A DNA stretch of 64,000 nucleotides, taken from assembly GCA_963741955.1 (NCBI GenBank), contig CAVUKB010000006.1:160001-224000 (forward strand), read 5' to 3'. A model generated the notes under the pieces. It was given only the letters and a program-made list of their open reading frames with translations. It ran no database searches and was not told the DNA's origin. Each line of letters opens with the position of its first letter. Position 1 is the stretch's first letter. The position numbers and the translations under genes were made by a program. Of this stretch, positions 38,537-49,000 are shown piece by piece. The DNA comes from an uncultured Acidobacteriota bacterium (GTDB lineage: Bacteria; Acidobacteriota; Thermoanaerobaculia; Gp7-AA8).

Positions 38537-39448
38537 TCAGCGGGCGATTACCGGATCGCGAGGAATTCGCCCCGGCTCGAAGAGGGTCACGGCTTCAGAA
38601 AGAATTTCGGCGCACGACCCCTCCCCCGTGACGATCCCCAGAATTCCGAGCGCATCCCGAAGGCTCTCGCGGACTTTCTGCTCGTCGAGGCTCGGAAGGG
38701 GTAGAGCGGCATGTCGCTTCCCGATCTTCTGCCCATCCGGACCGACGAGAAGAGGGAGATGGGCGTATGCGGGTGTGGCGAAACCGAGTGCGCGCTGCAG
38801 CGCAATCTGCCGGGGAGTCGAGTCGAGGAGATCTCCACCGCGCACGACCTGCGTGATCCCCTCCTCCGCGTCATCGACGACCACTGCGAGCTGGTAGGCG
38901 AAGAGGCCATCCGCCCGCCGGATGACGAAGTCTCCGGTCGCGCGTGCGATCTCCTCCTCGACCGGGCCGTGGACCAGGTCGTCGAACTCGATCACGACGT
39001 CGGGTACCCGGAAGCGCACCGCCCGCGCATCTCGTCCGGCCGGTAGCCCGGCTCGGCAGGTACCGGGGTATACGCTCCCCTCACGCGGATCGGAAGAATC
39101 CGGAGCAGAAGCCGCGCGCTGCAGCTCCGCACGCGAACACGCGCAGTCGAAGACGTCACCCGATTCGCGAAGCTGAGTGAGCGCCGCTTCGTACAGTGCG
39201 GTCCGTTCCGACTGCCGGACCGGCTCTCCGTCCCATTCGAGTCCGTACCTCTCCAGAGCGTGAAGAATCTCGTCTGCGGAACCAGGTACGACACGCGGAG
39301 TGTCGAGGTCTTCGATCCGGACCAGCCATCGCCCGTTCTCCCGTCGCGCAAAAAGCCACGAGCCCACTGCCGCGACGAGACTCCCCATGTGAAGGGGTCC
39401 GGTCGGGGACGGAGCGAAGCGGCCGACGCTTTTCGAACGGGACGTCAC
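38537..39448 (-). CDS. gluQ: tRNA glutamyl-Q(34) synthetase GluQRS
   Basis: GRFAPSPTGPLHMGSL, RIEDLDTPR, CACSR...YPGTCR, YQLAVVVDD, RGGDLLDSTPRQ. Lacks the anticodon-binding domain. Confidence 0.95.
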   Translation of the reverse strand: MTSRSKSVGRFAPSPTGPLHMGSLVAAVGSWLFARRENGRWLVRIEDLDTPRVVPGSADEILHALERYGLEWDGEPVRQSERTALYEAALTQLRESGDVFDCACSRAELQRAASAPDSSDPREGSVYPGTCRAGLPAGRDARAVRFRVPDVVIEFDDLVHGPVEEEIARATGDFVIRRADGLFAYQLAVVVDDAEEGITQVVRGGDLLDSTPRQIALQRALGFATPAYAHLPLLVGPDGQKIGKRHAALPLPSLDEQKVRESLRDALGILGIVTGEGSCAEILSEAVTLFEPGRIPRDPVIAR

Positions 39449-39494
39449 CGATTGAGAAACACGTGAAGCGTGCGAGGGAATTCGCGAGGAGTGC

Positions 39495-39521
39495 GAGGGT
39501 CGTACGCAACGTACGACCCTC
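39495..39521. terminator. 12-bp-stem hairpin after the PDZ gene (terminator-like, no T-tract)
   Basis: GAGGGTCGTACG-CAA-CGTACGACCCTC. Confidence 0.45.
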
Positions 39522-39533
39522 CGCACCCGGGTC

Positions 39534-40277
39534 TCACTTCTTCAGTGATTTTTCGAGCGCCTTGAGCCGCTTCTCGAGATCGGACAGGCGGGTCTGAAGG
39601 TCACCGCAGTCGCCGAGGCTCTCTATCTTCGCGTTCCATTCGGGACCCTGAACGACGGTCTCCAGGCGTTTCATCGCCGGAGCGAGGCCTTCACCGATCA
39701 CCAGCGGCCTGCCGTTCATCTCCCCTTTGAAGACGAAAGGTGCGACATCGACCTCCGAGAGCTGGTGCTCGGAGATGGTCACCGTCGCACGCCGGGCCGC
39801 GCCGTTGCGCAGGAATCCGACCGTTACCCGGTCGCCACTCTTTTTCGAACGTACGTTCTTGCGGACGTTCCAGGACGAACGGACCTTTTCGCCCTCGATC
39901 GATGTGATCAGGTCGCCGACCTGAATGCCGGCCCTGGCCGCGGGACTCCCCTCTTCGACTTCGCCGACCAGAACTCCCGCGTCTTCCGGCGCCCCGAAAT
40001 GTTTGCGAAGCTGCGGCGTGATGTCGAGCAGCTGCAAACCGAGCCAGCCTCTCTTGACCAGGAATGACGCGTCGGGAGCGAGTCGTCCCTCGGAGTCGCT
40101 GGTCCACACCTTTCCATCCTTCACGATCACGGCCCGCGGGGCGACCTCGATGCGAATACTCTTCTCAGGCGCGGCGGGAGGAGCGGGTGGTGCCGGCGCT
40201 GCAGGATGTTGTGCGGCCGCGGGGAGAGCCCCCGCCAGCAGAATGCCCAGAATGAGTGCGATTCGGGATCTCGACAT
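39534..40277 (-). CDS. Secreted PDZ-domain protein with no protease domain
   Basis: Signal peptide, RGWLGLQLLDITPQLR, GSPAARAGIQVGDLI, C-terminal coiled coil. GAGGAGG RBS. Confidence 0.88.
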   Translation of the reverse strand: MSRSRIALILGILLAGALPAAAQHPAAPAPPAPPAAPEKSIRIEVAPRAVIVKDGKVWTSDSEGRLAPDASFLVKRGWLGLQLLDITPQLRKHFGAPEDAGVLVGEVEEGSPAARAGIQVGDLITSIEGEKVRSSWNVRKNVRSKKSGDRVTVGFLRNGAARRATVTISEHQLSEVDVAPFVFKGEMNGRPLVIGEGLAPAMKRLETVVQGPEWNAKIESLGDCGDLQTRLSDLEKRLKALEKSLKK

Positions 40278-40288
40278 GACGTTCCTCC

Positions 40289-40696
40289 TCAATCGAATCG
40301 GTTCGTAGTGACGCGGGGACGGGAAACGGGATGGACGTCGTCCCTCGCCGCCGTACGTAGGTCGAGAACGAGATCGACGTTCTCGTAGCCTCCGAGATAG
40401 ACCACTGGATCGCGCTGTTCGGTGAGCCGGCGGAGCTCGTCGATCTGGAGCCGTATCGCGGCCTCCTCCGCTCGAAGTCTCGACAGGCGCTGCTCTTCGT
40501 GATGCCGATGAAGGAGCCAGCCCGACGCACTGCCGAAGATCAGGACTGAAGAAACGACTGCAGTCACGAGGCGCCGCATGGATCGTCGCGGCGGGTGGCC
40601 GGAGCCGAGTCGTTCCATCAGTTCGGCGACGAAACTTCCGTCCGTCTTCTCCCGCGGGAGCTGTCGCAGGAGCTCGGTCAGGGGATCTCGATTCAT
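40289..40696 (-). CDS. Single-TM putative anti-sigma factor
   Basis: ATGA-coupled to the ECF sigma. Short cytoplasmic region, one TM, coiled coil. Confidence 0.7.
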   Translation of the reverse strand: MNRDPLTELLRQLPREKTDGSFVAELMERLGSGHPPRRSMRRLVTAVVSSVLIFGSASGWLLHRHHEEQRLSRLRAEEAAIRLQIDELRRLTEQRDPVVYLGGYENVDLVLDLRTAARDDVHPVSRPRVTTNRFD

Positions 40697-41256
40697 GAAG
40701 GGTCTCCGTTCCAGTAGGGGCTGAGCATGCGCCGCAGCAGTTCGCGACCACGACTGATCCTCGACTTGACCGTACCGAGGCTGCAACCGAGTGAATCTGC
40801 GATCTCCTGGTACGACCACTCTTCCATCTCGTAGAGGACGATGGCGGAGCGATAGATCAGCGGAAGCCGGGATATCGCCCCGCGGACGGCCTCTTGTGCC
40901 TCCTCGGAGAGGATCTCGCTCTGTGGTGACCGGCTCTCGTGACCGTTGTGCTCATGGCCGTTGCGCGTGAGATAGGAAAGCCAGCGGAAAACCGAGCGCT
41001 GTTCCGATCGCACCAGGTTCGTTCCGATCCGGAACAGGAGGGGAGCCAGTTTGCTGCACTCTTCGTAACGCTCGAGATTCCGGTACAGCCGCACGAACGT
41101 CTCCTGTGTCAGTTCCTCGGCCTTGTCGCGATTTCCCGAGAGATGGGTGAGGTAGTTCAGCAGAGAATCCTTGTAGCGGTGAACGATCGCCGAGAAAGCA
41201 TCGCGGTCTCCCTCGCGGGTTCGGACCATCAGCTCGCCGTCGCTCACGCCGTTCAT
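40693..41256 (-). CDS. ECF sigma-70 factor (RpoE/SigW-like)
   Basis: GDRDAFSAIVHRY, AEELTQETFVR, SYQEIADSLGCSLGTVKSRISRGRELL. Confidence 0.95.
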   Translation of the reverse strand: MNGVSDGELMVRTREGDRDAFSAIVHRYKDSLLNYLTHLSGNRDKAEELTQETFVRLYRNLERYEECSKLAPLLFRIGTNLVRSEQRSVFRWLSYLTRNGHEHNGHESRSPQSEILSEEAQEAVRGAISRLPLIYRSAIVLYEMEEWSYQEIADSLGCSLGTVKSRISRGRELLRRMLSPYWNGDPS

Positions 41257-41363
41257 TTCCTGAAGAACTAACGGAGAAGTCGGGCGAAAGTTCCATCCCG
41301 GACTCGCGTCAAGGCGGGAGATTGGACCGGATTCGGTGGCGCTCTCCATCGAGAGGCGCCCGA

Positions 41364-42269
41364 CTACTCCCGTCCGATCCATTCCTCGATCAGCCGTCGA
41401 GCAATCGAGTCCATCCCCGGAAAGCGAGGCGACTCGCTGAATCGCTCCCGGAGCTCGTCGCGCGTGAACCACCGCGCCTCCTCCAGCTCCTCGAGGTCGA
41501 CGATGATCTCCGTGGTGGTCGCCCGTGCGTTGAATCCGACCATCAGCGATGCAGGAAACGGCCAGGGCTGCGAGGAGTGGTAATGAATGTCGGTGACCTC
41601 GATCCCCGACTCCTCCCGGATCTCGCGGCGGACGGCATCCTCGAGCGACTCGCCCGGTTCGACGAACCCCGCGAGAGTCGAAACCATCCCCGGAGGCCAC
41701 ATCGCTTTCCTCCCGAGGAGACAGCGATCGCCGTCGGTCACGAGAACGATCACCGCAGGATCGGTGCGCGGGAAGTGGTGGGTTCCGCATTCCGGACTGG
41801 TGCACTCACGGAGGTGGCCGGCTTCGGCGACGCGCGCCGGAGCGCCGCAGACCGAGCAGAAGTGATGATGGTCGTGCCAGTTCTTCAGCGCACGCGCGTA
41901 CGCCAGAAGGGAGAGCTCGGAAGCGGAGATCACGGCCGCGGCTTTTCGGAGCTCCAGCATTTCACCCCTGCCGGCGAGTGCCGGATCCGCGAGCGGGTCC
42001 TGAAGCGCCGAGAGGTCGACCGCAAACCACGCTGTCCCTTCGCGCTCGCCGAGGAAGTAGACGTCGCTGGTCGGCTCGCTGAGAGCCACCGCTTCGGGGA
42101 GAGGGAGCGCGACGATGGCGCTCGCATCGGGGGCGACGAGAGCGGAGGTGTTCCAGAGGACGATCGCCTGCGAAGCCGGGTCGGCGAGCTTCGAAGCAAT
42201 CCATGACGCATCCTTCCGATGATGCGCGGCGCGGTCGATCTGATTCGAGTAGACGTTCGGCGGTTTCAT
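41364..42269 (-). CDS. nudC: NAD(+)/NADH diphosphatase
   Basis: FCSVCG...CTSPEC zinc ribbon, FPRTDPAVI, Nudix box GFVEPGESLEDAVRREIREESG, SQPWPFPASLM. Alternative TTG start at 42284. Confidence 0.95.
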   Translation of the reverse strand: MKPPNVYSNQIDRAAHHRKDASWIASKLADPASQAIVLWNTSALVAPDASAIVALPLPEAVALSEPTSDVYFLGEREGTAWFAVDLSALQDPLADPALAGRGEMLELRKAAAVISASELSLLAYARALKNWHDHHHFCSVCGAPARVAEAGHLRECTSPECGTHHFPRTDPAVIVLVTDGDRCLLGRKAMWPPGMVSTLAGFVEPGESLEDAVRREIREESGIEVTDIHYHSSQPWPFPASLMVGFNARATTTEIIVDLEELEEARWFTRDELRERFSESPRFPGMDSIARRLIEEWIGRE

Positions 42270-42345
42270 CTCCGCCGTCAGCAACGAGCGAAGACGAATG
42301 TCGATTCCGCGAACCGACGCTTCGTCCGCCCGCTCGCTGCTCCCC

Positions 42346-43350
42346 TCACCCCTTTCGCTTCGACGTCGCCGGAATCAGGAGGGCAATCGGCGCGAGGAGA
42401 AACGACAGCGGAAAAAGGAGCGCGTATTCAGGTGGTTCGCCGCTGCGGATGGCGACGCGAAGCCGCAGCCAGAGTGCGATGAGTGTCGCCACGATCCAGG
42501 GGAAGTCTCGGGCGATCACCGCCACGACAGGGGGAGATGCGAAAAGCGCGGCCAGGATGAGCGAGAGGAAGACGGCAATCGTTCGCCCGCCGGTCAACGC
42601 CGCAAGCCGTGATTGGAACCGCGCGAGGTCGGCGCTCGACGCACTCTCGCGGACGACCGGCGATCCTTCGATCGTGCCGAGCCCCGGCTCCGAACCGCCC
42701 TCGAGCGGTTGGCCGAGGGCTCGCGGTCCATTCACCAGAGGGGCGAACTCCGCCCTCGCGACCAGAACGCCGCCGGACAACCTTGCCGGCTCGACCGTTC
42801 CTGCGCGAAGTCGCGTCGCGGTTCCTCCGGTCAACGTTCCGACGAACCGCAGGAGGGGAATCAGCAGGAGTCCCGTGGTGGAATGAAAAGTCGCCCGCGG
42901 GAGAACCGACGCGACGTCCAGGTTCTCACGCGTGGAGGTCGTGACGATCGCGGCGATCGCACGCTCATCGAGGAGAACACGATCGTCGAGGAGGACCACG
43001 TAGTCGGTGGAGAGAGATGCGAGAGCTGCGGCCGGGTCGACGATCTGAACGGAAGGGATGGCGATCCGGAGAGTGTGAAGCTCACCAGCCTCCTCCTCCC
43101 TGGCCGCGAGTGCGATCTGCATCTCCCCCGGATACTTCTGAGCGGCAAGTGAACGGAGCGCCGCTTGCATCGCCGACGGGGAGCCGGTGGCCTCGAGGAT
43201 GACGCTGACGGAGGGAAGCGTGTCGCCGGGAGATGCGAGCGCGATCGTCGATCGGATGGCCTTCGCCTGACGCACCAGGAGCAGCAGGAGAACGAAGACC
43301 ACGGACCAGCCCGCAATCGCGAGAGACGAGACGTCGCCGAGATCGATCAT
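42346..43350 (-). CDS. Membrane glycosyltransferase family 2-like protein (divergent)
   Basis: N-terminal TM, LPSVSVIL, LRSLAAQKYP, TDYVVLLDDRV (DxD-like), LDVASVLP, C-terminal TMs. Confidence 0.65.
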   Translation of the reverse strand: MIDLGDVSSLAIAGWSVVFVLLLLLVRQAKAIRSTIALASPGDTLPSVSVILEATGSPSAMQAALRSLAAQKYPGEMQIALAAREEEAGELHTLRIAIPSVQIVDPAAALASLSTDYVVLLDDRVLLDERAIAAIVTTSTRENLDVASVLPRATFHSTTGLLLIPLLRFVGTLTGGTATRLRAGTVEPARLSGGVLVARAEFAPLVNGPRALGQPLEGGSEPGLGTIEGSPVVRESASSADLARFQSRLAALTGGRTIAVFLSLILAALFASPPVVAVIARDFPWIVATLIALWLRLRVAIRSGEPPEYALLFPLSFLLAPIALLIPATSKRKG

Positions 43351-43460
43351 CGTGACTGCAAATCCGGCCAGTCGCCGATATATTGCAGAAGAACCAAATG
43401 ATTGGACACCCGTCCACTAGTCGGATGTGGATGTTCGGGATTTCAACCGGAGGGTCAGGT

Positions 43461-44441
<981 letters not shown>

Positions 44442-44467
44442 GGAGAATCGGTTCATTCTTCTCGTGA

Positions 44468-44686
44468 GTGGGTCGCGCGGGACGCGCGATTCAGGCCGGC
44501 GTCGCGCACCGCCCGCTGGCGGAGAGCACCGGTCCATCCGGCGCGGATCGAGCAAACGCGAATGTCGCAAGCGCCGGGAGATTTCGCGTCTGGGACGCAT
44601 CGCTCGCGGCGGGACGCCACTCGCCATCGCGCGGGACGCGCGACCCACATGGGCGACCCCACACGCGCGACCCACATGGGCGACCC
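44468..44686. repeat. Inverted REP doublet (REPIN-like) plus a 27-bp-period tandem duplication
   Basis: GTGGGTCGCGCGGGACGCGCG (44468-44488) faces CGCGCGGGACGCGCGACCCAC (44628-44648). ACGCGCGACCCACATGGGCGACCC occurs at 44636 and 44663. Confidence 0.8.
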
Positions 44687-44704
44687 GCTCACGTCGCGGG
44701 TCAC

Positions 44705-44737
44705 AAAAAAAGGGCGGCAGCCGAAGCTGCCGCCCTT
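44705..44737 (-). terminator. Rho-independent terminator of the multiheme cytochrome gene
   Basis: Minus strand reads AAGGGCGGCAGC-TTCG-GCTGCCGCCC-TTTTTTT. Confidence 0.9.
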
Positions 44738-44761
44738 CCGTTGTCCTCTGATCCCCGAGGA

Positions 44762-47700
44762 TTACTGCTTGGCCTCGATTGTCGTCGGGTCATTGGTCTT
44801 GAGATCGATCATCGACGCGGAGGTCCGGATGTTCGTTCCCTGCATGACGGTCACCGTCGCGAAGCCCCAATCGACGTCGGGTGCATTCGCGCGGGCCTGG
44901 AACGGAGCGAGATCCTGGACCACCTGAGCCACCGGGATGGTGAGCTCGTAGGAGGTCAGAGCGTTGCCGCTGGCGTCGTACAGAGTGATCGCCACCTTGG
45001 CATCGGTCTTTCCACCATTGGTCACGCTGATGTTCGAACGATAGGCGTCGGTCTTCTGACGGAGGCCGATGAGGCTGACCGTCTGGCCGGCGTTGTATCC
45101 GAGGTTCGCCACGTGTCCGTCGAAGTTCTGTCCGAACGTTCCGGTCGCGGCCTGGTTGAAGTTGCGTCCGGCGACGAGGAGAGGCTTGTCGGAGCAGACT
45201 TCGAGAGAACCCTTGTTGTTGGTTCCGCCGAGAGTTGCGACGACGTCCTCGAACGCCTTCTGCGAGTAGCCGGTGACCGTGCCGTTGACGGTGAGGTCAC
45301 TCGCGCCCTGATGGAGGAAGAACGTGACGTTGGCGTCGGTCGACGCGAGGTTGCGCGCGACGACGTCTGTGCGCCACTGGCTGTCGTAAGCGCCTGGCGC
45401 ATGCGCGGCGATCTCGACCCAGTAGACGTACGGAGTGGTGCAGGAAATGGCGCCCTCACCGTTGCCGAGACCACCACCCATCGCCGCTTCGGCGCTGGTG
45501 GGGGACGAAGCCTCGGTGTTGACGTTCTTCACCGCGAAGGTGGCGACGTCGAGTGCCGACTTGACGAACACAGGGTTGTGAACGCCGAGGCTGGCATCGC
45601 TCTCGACCATGAAGAAGTTCCATCCCGCCTTCGCGATCGAAGGATCGACGGTCGAATAGAACGCGACCTTCGAGCCGTTCGGACGGACCACATTGACTGC
45701 GCTCATCGCCACCAGCGGAGCATTGGTACCGTCAGCGAGCGTGACCAGCATTCCCTGGGCGCCGTGACTCTCCTGGAAATCGACTGAAGCGATGTCCGCA
45801 GCGTTGACCACGACCGTGCCGCCGATGTCGATCTTGTTTCCAGCGCGGATCTGCTGCTGCATGGTGTTCTTGAGTGCGAGCTCGATCTCACCCTTCAGGT
45901 GCTCGAGCTTGGTCTCGACCACACTCTGGACGGATTCGAGCGTGATGTCGGTGTGGCACTTCACGCAGATGTCTTTGCTGGCGTAGAAAGTGTGATTCGT
46001 TCCGTTGTTCGGGAGGGAGAGAGTCGATGGCTGCGCAGCCTTCTCCATATGGCAACTGACGCAGGAGTTGGTGATCATCGAATGGTAGCTGCGCTGGCCG
46101 ACCGGGACGAAGTAGAGATTCTGTCCCATGATGATGTCGGCCTGGGGTCCGACGTGCGGAGCGCGTGCGGCATCGGAGGCGCTCGGGTTGAAGTGCGCGT
46201 CGTCGCGGAGCCCGCGGCGGCCGTTGTGGCACATCATGCAGAGCGCGCCGCTGCCGACGCCGGTCGCCTGGAAGCCTGCGTCGAGCATCGGAGTGGTTCC
46301 CGAAACGCGGACGCTGGCGTCGTTGGCGGCGAGACCGGAAGTGGTCCCGACGAAATGCGGATCATGGCAGGTGGCGCAGGTCTGGGCCTGGACCGTATCC
46401 TCGGTCCAGTCGACGGTGATCGCGCCGCTGCCGAATCCGCTGTTCGCCCACTGTACGAATCCCTGGGCGCTGTGGCATTTCGCGCAGCTGGGGTTGGTCC
46501 CCTCGGAGATCGCAGTCTCGAGGTTCGCGTGTCCGGAGAGCTGCCACTGCTGGAAGCGGCCGTGGCGAGCAGGCTCACCGTGGCAGCTGCCGCAGATGTC
46601 GGAGGAGAGATTCTGACGAGAGCCGTCGCGCGCGGTGTGCGCGGCGCTGTCCTGCGGTCCGTGGCAATTCTCGCATTGAATGTTCGCGAGCTTGGCAGAG
46701 GCCGGGTACTGGGTCAGGATCTGGTTCCAGTTGTCGGTCGCGCCATGCTCGATGAGACCCGAAGCGGCAAGCGCCTCGAAGTCCGGCGCGTCGTCCATCC
46801 CGCCGTTCTTCACGTCCTTGTTGAAGCCGACGCTGTGGCAGGAGAGGCAGCTCTGGCTGTAATGGCCGGCCACCGACACGTTCTGGCTGAAGATCTGCGC
46901 ATGGCCGGACTTCTTCCACGGCGTGAACATGTCGAAGTTCGGGGTGTTCGGCACGTGGCAGGTGGTGCAGGCCGTGTCGACGATCGGCGCGCCGCTCTCG
47001 TCCTGTCCGGTGATGATACCGCGCCAGGTCCCGGCGTAGACGACCATGGTCTTCTCGGAGTTGTCCGCGAGGTCGGTGACCTTGACTGTGTATTTACCCG
47101 CCATGTCCGGCGTGAACTCCGGATTCTGGGTGGTGGCGTCGGTGAGAACCGATTTCGATCCGGCCGGAGGAGTCAGTGTCCAGTTGTAGCTGGTTTGATT
47201 CTTTCCGTGGAGAACGACCGGCAGTAGGGTCGGAACGTTCCGGATACCGGTCGCCTCGGTCCAGGGAATCGTGGTCGCGATGGAGTTCTTGCTGTGATAC
47301 GTACCGGAGGAGGTCACGACCGTGATGTCGAAGCCGATCGCGCCCGCCTCGGCGAGTGCATGCGGCGAGACCGCGGCAACGCCGAAGCGATTCGCCAGTC
47401 CGCCTTCGTAGCCGGCCGGATACGGCACGCTCGGAGGAAGGACGTCGGCGGTTGCCGGCGGCTCCTCGAGGACCAGGGCCAGTTCTTCACGGTAGGCCTT
47501 CCGGTCGGGAAGGGTCACCGTGATCGTGTTGGTCGTCGCGCCGCTGATCTGTGCAGTGGCGCCACTGACCTGCTTCCATTGGATGCTCTGCAGTGAGGAT
47601 CCGTCGTTGATGGTGACAGTCGCTTTTGCGGATACCGTCGCTCCAGGAACCGCTGTACCGGTGACTCCGATTGCTACCGTCACTGGCGGATCGGCTGCGA

Positions 47701-47782
47701 GGGCGCCTGCCGCAATCAACGCGACCATCATCGTAAAGAGCACGAGGAGTGTTCTCCCGTTGAGGTGATGTGGGCGATTCAT
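44762..47782 (-). CDS. Large secreted multiheme c-type cytochrome (9 CxxCH) with N-terminal PKD/Ig-like and C-terminal uncharacterised domains
   Basis: Signal peptide. CTTCH, CLSCH, CENCH, CGSCH, CAKCH, CATCH, CMMCH, CVSCH, CVKCH, then DASLGVHNP. GGAAGGAAGG RBS before ATG 47782. Confidence 0.93.
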   Translation of the reverse strand: MNRPHHLNGRTLLVLFTMMVALIAAGALAADPPVTVAIGVTGTAVPGATVSAKATVTINDGSSLQSIQWKQVSGATAQISGATTNTITVTLPDRKAYREELALVLEEPPATADVLPPSVPYPAGYEGGLANRFGVAAVSPHALAEAGAIGFDITVVTSSGTYHSKNSIATTIPWTEATGIRNVPTLLPVVLHGKNQTSYNWTLTPPAGSKSVLTDATTQNPEFTPDMAGKYTVKVTDLADNSEKTMVVYAGTWRGIITGQDESGAPIVDTACTTCHVPNTPNFDMFTPWKKSGHAQIFSQNVSVAGHYSQSCLSCHSVGFNKDVKNGGMDDAPDFEALAASGLIEHGATDNWNQILTQYPASAKLANIQCENCHGPQDSAAHTARDGSRQNLSSDICGSCHGEPARHGRFQQWQLSGHANLETAISEGTNPSCAKCHSAQGFVQWANSGFGSGAITVDWTEDTVQAQTCATCHDPHFVGTTSGLAANDASVRVSGTTPMLDAGFQATGVGSGALCMMCHNGRRGLRDDAHFNPSASDAARAPHVGPQADIIMGQNLYFVPVGQRSYHSMITNSCVSCHMEKAAQPSTLSLPNNGTNHTFYASKDICVKCHTDITLESVQSVVETKLEHLKGEIELALKNTMQQQIRAGNKIDIGGTVVVNAADIASVDFQESHGAQGMLVTLADGTNAPLVAMSAVNVVRPNGSKVAFYSTVDPSIAKAGWNFFMVESDASLGVHNPVFVKSALDVATFAVKNVNTEASSPTSAEAAMGGGLGNGEGAISCTTPYVYWVEIAAHAPGAYDSQWRTDVVARNLASTDANVTFFLHQGASDLTVNGTVTGYSQKAFEDVVATLGGTNNKGSLEVCSDKPLLVAGRNFNQAATGTFGQNFDGHVANLGYNAGQTVSLIGLRQKTDAYRSNISVTNGGKTDAKVAITLYDASGNALTSYELTIPVAQVVQDLAPFQARANAPDVDWGFATVTVMQGTNIRTSASMIDLKTNDPTTIEAKQ

Positions 47783-47954
47783 ATTGTTCCTTCCTTCCAC
47801 AGGGTTTTCGGCCGACAGCGATCGCGTTGACACGACGGCTGCCGAATCCCGTTACGTCGGCCCTAACTTTCTATTGTTTCTGTGGAAAGGCAAGAGGAGT
47901 CACGAAGATGGATGACGGTGGTCCGCCGGAAATTGTTCGTCGTGACTGAAGCCG

Positions 47955-48146
47955 AGTGACGCGGGTCACGTGCTGACGTTCGGCGAGATAGCCAATGACA
48001 TCGACTCTTTTCAGCGCATCGTGATCCCTACGGAATGCACATGATGCATATGAATCAATTTGCGCATGTTCGCATCGATTCACTCATAGTCGGCGTTCTC
48101 TACACTGCACTATGAATGTCGTTCGCGTGATGCATTTGAATCAATT
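47955..48146. promoter_or_regulatory. Putative regulator sites upstream of the multiheme cytochrome
   Basis: Crp/Fnr-like AGTGA-N6-TCACG (47955-47970). Direct repeat TGATGCATWTGAATCAATT at 48042-48060 and 48128-48146 (18/19 identical). Confidence 0.5.
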
Positions 48147-48173
48147 GTGCATCGATTTGCATCGGCACGTCCG

Positions 48174-48785
48174 TCAGCGACGTCCACTGCGAAGCACTCC
48201 GAGCGCGACCGGTGTGATACATGCGACCCACTCCGCGTACATTCTCATCGAGGGGTGCAGTCCATCTTCGGCGATCAGTCCGGAATCGAATGCGGCGCGG
48301 CGACTCTCTGCAGTGACGTCGATCCAATTGGCTCCCGCCTCACGGGTGGCGGACTCGGCGAGCTCATTCAGCTCGTCGATGCGCCGGCCGATCTCCACGC
48401 GGTTGCGGCCGTCGGCGAACCGAGTCACGCTCCAGTCGGGGATGGAGATCACGAGAACGCGATGGGGGTAGCCGCGGGCGAAGGCGACCGCCCTCGAGAT
48501 CAGTCGCCTCAGGGTTCGATCGTATTGGTCGGGAGGAGTTCCGCGGTACTGATCGTTGACACCGACCAGGAGTGACACGAGATCGAAGACGTCTTCGAGC
48601 GCCTGGTCCTCCAGGGCCGCTTCGAGCTCGACGCTCGTCCACCCCGTCCGCGCCACGAGAAGCGGTTCGGCGACCGGGAAGCCTTCCTTTCGGAGTTGCG
48701 CGGCCAGAAGGGACGGCCACCGCTCCGACGGGGTGACCGCTTCACCGATGGTGTAGGAGTCGCCGAGAGCGAGAAACTGGATCAT
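48174..48785 (-). CDS. SGNH/GDSL hydrolase
   Basis: LALGDSYT, GVNDQYRG, DGLHPS. Confidence 0.93.
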   Translation of the reverse strand: MIQFLALGDSYTIGEAVTPSERWPSLLAAQLRKEGFPVAEPLLVARTGWTSVELEAALEDQALEDVFDLVSLLVGVNDQYRGTPPDQYDRTLRRLISRAVAFARGYPHRVLVISIPDWSVTRFADGRNRVEIGRRIDELNELAESATREAGANWIDVTAESRRAAFDSGLIAEDGLHPSMRMYAEWVACITPVALGVLRSGRR

Positions 48786-48845
48786 GATCTCTGCCGTTCC
48801 TCCGGGATCGCCCTCGCCCGGCCCAAAGCCAGCGGTGTCCCGGTG

Positions 48846-48880
48846 AAAAGAAGAGGGGCAGACCTGACGGCCTGCCCCTC
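48846..48880 (-). terminator. Intrinsic terminator downstream of the GGDEF/EAL gene
   Basis: GAGGGGCAG...CTGCCCCTC stem followed on the minus strand by TTCTTTT. Confidence 0.7.
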
Positions 48881-49000
48881 GAGAAAAATTGCCGGCGAAC
48901 CCGCGTCATTGAAGGGATCAGGAGGACTAATCGGACGGGCTGAGGCCGGAACGCCGGCAAACTGTTGAGCGTGTCGTCGGTTCGGTTTCGAAAACTCCTT

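Noticed and set aside
44762-47782. NrfA-type nitrite reductase
   Set aside because: No CxxCK active-site motif; all nine sites are CxxCH, and the size and architecture differ.
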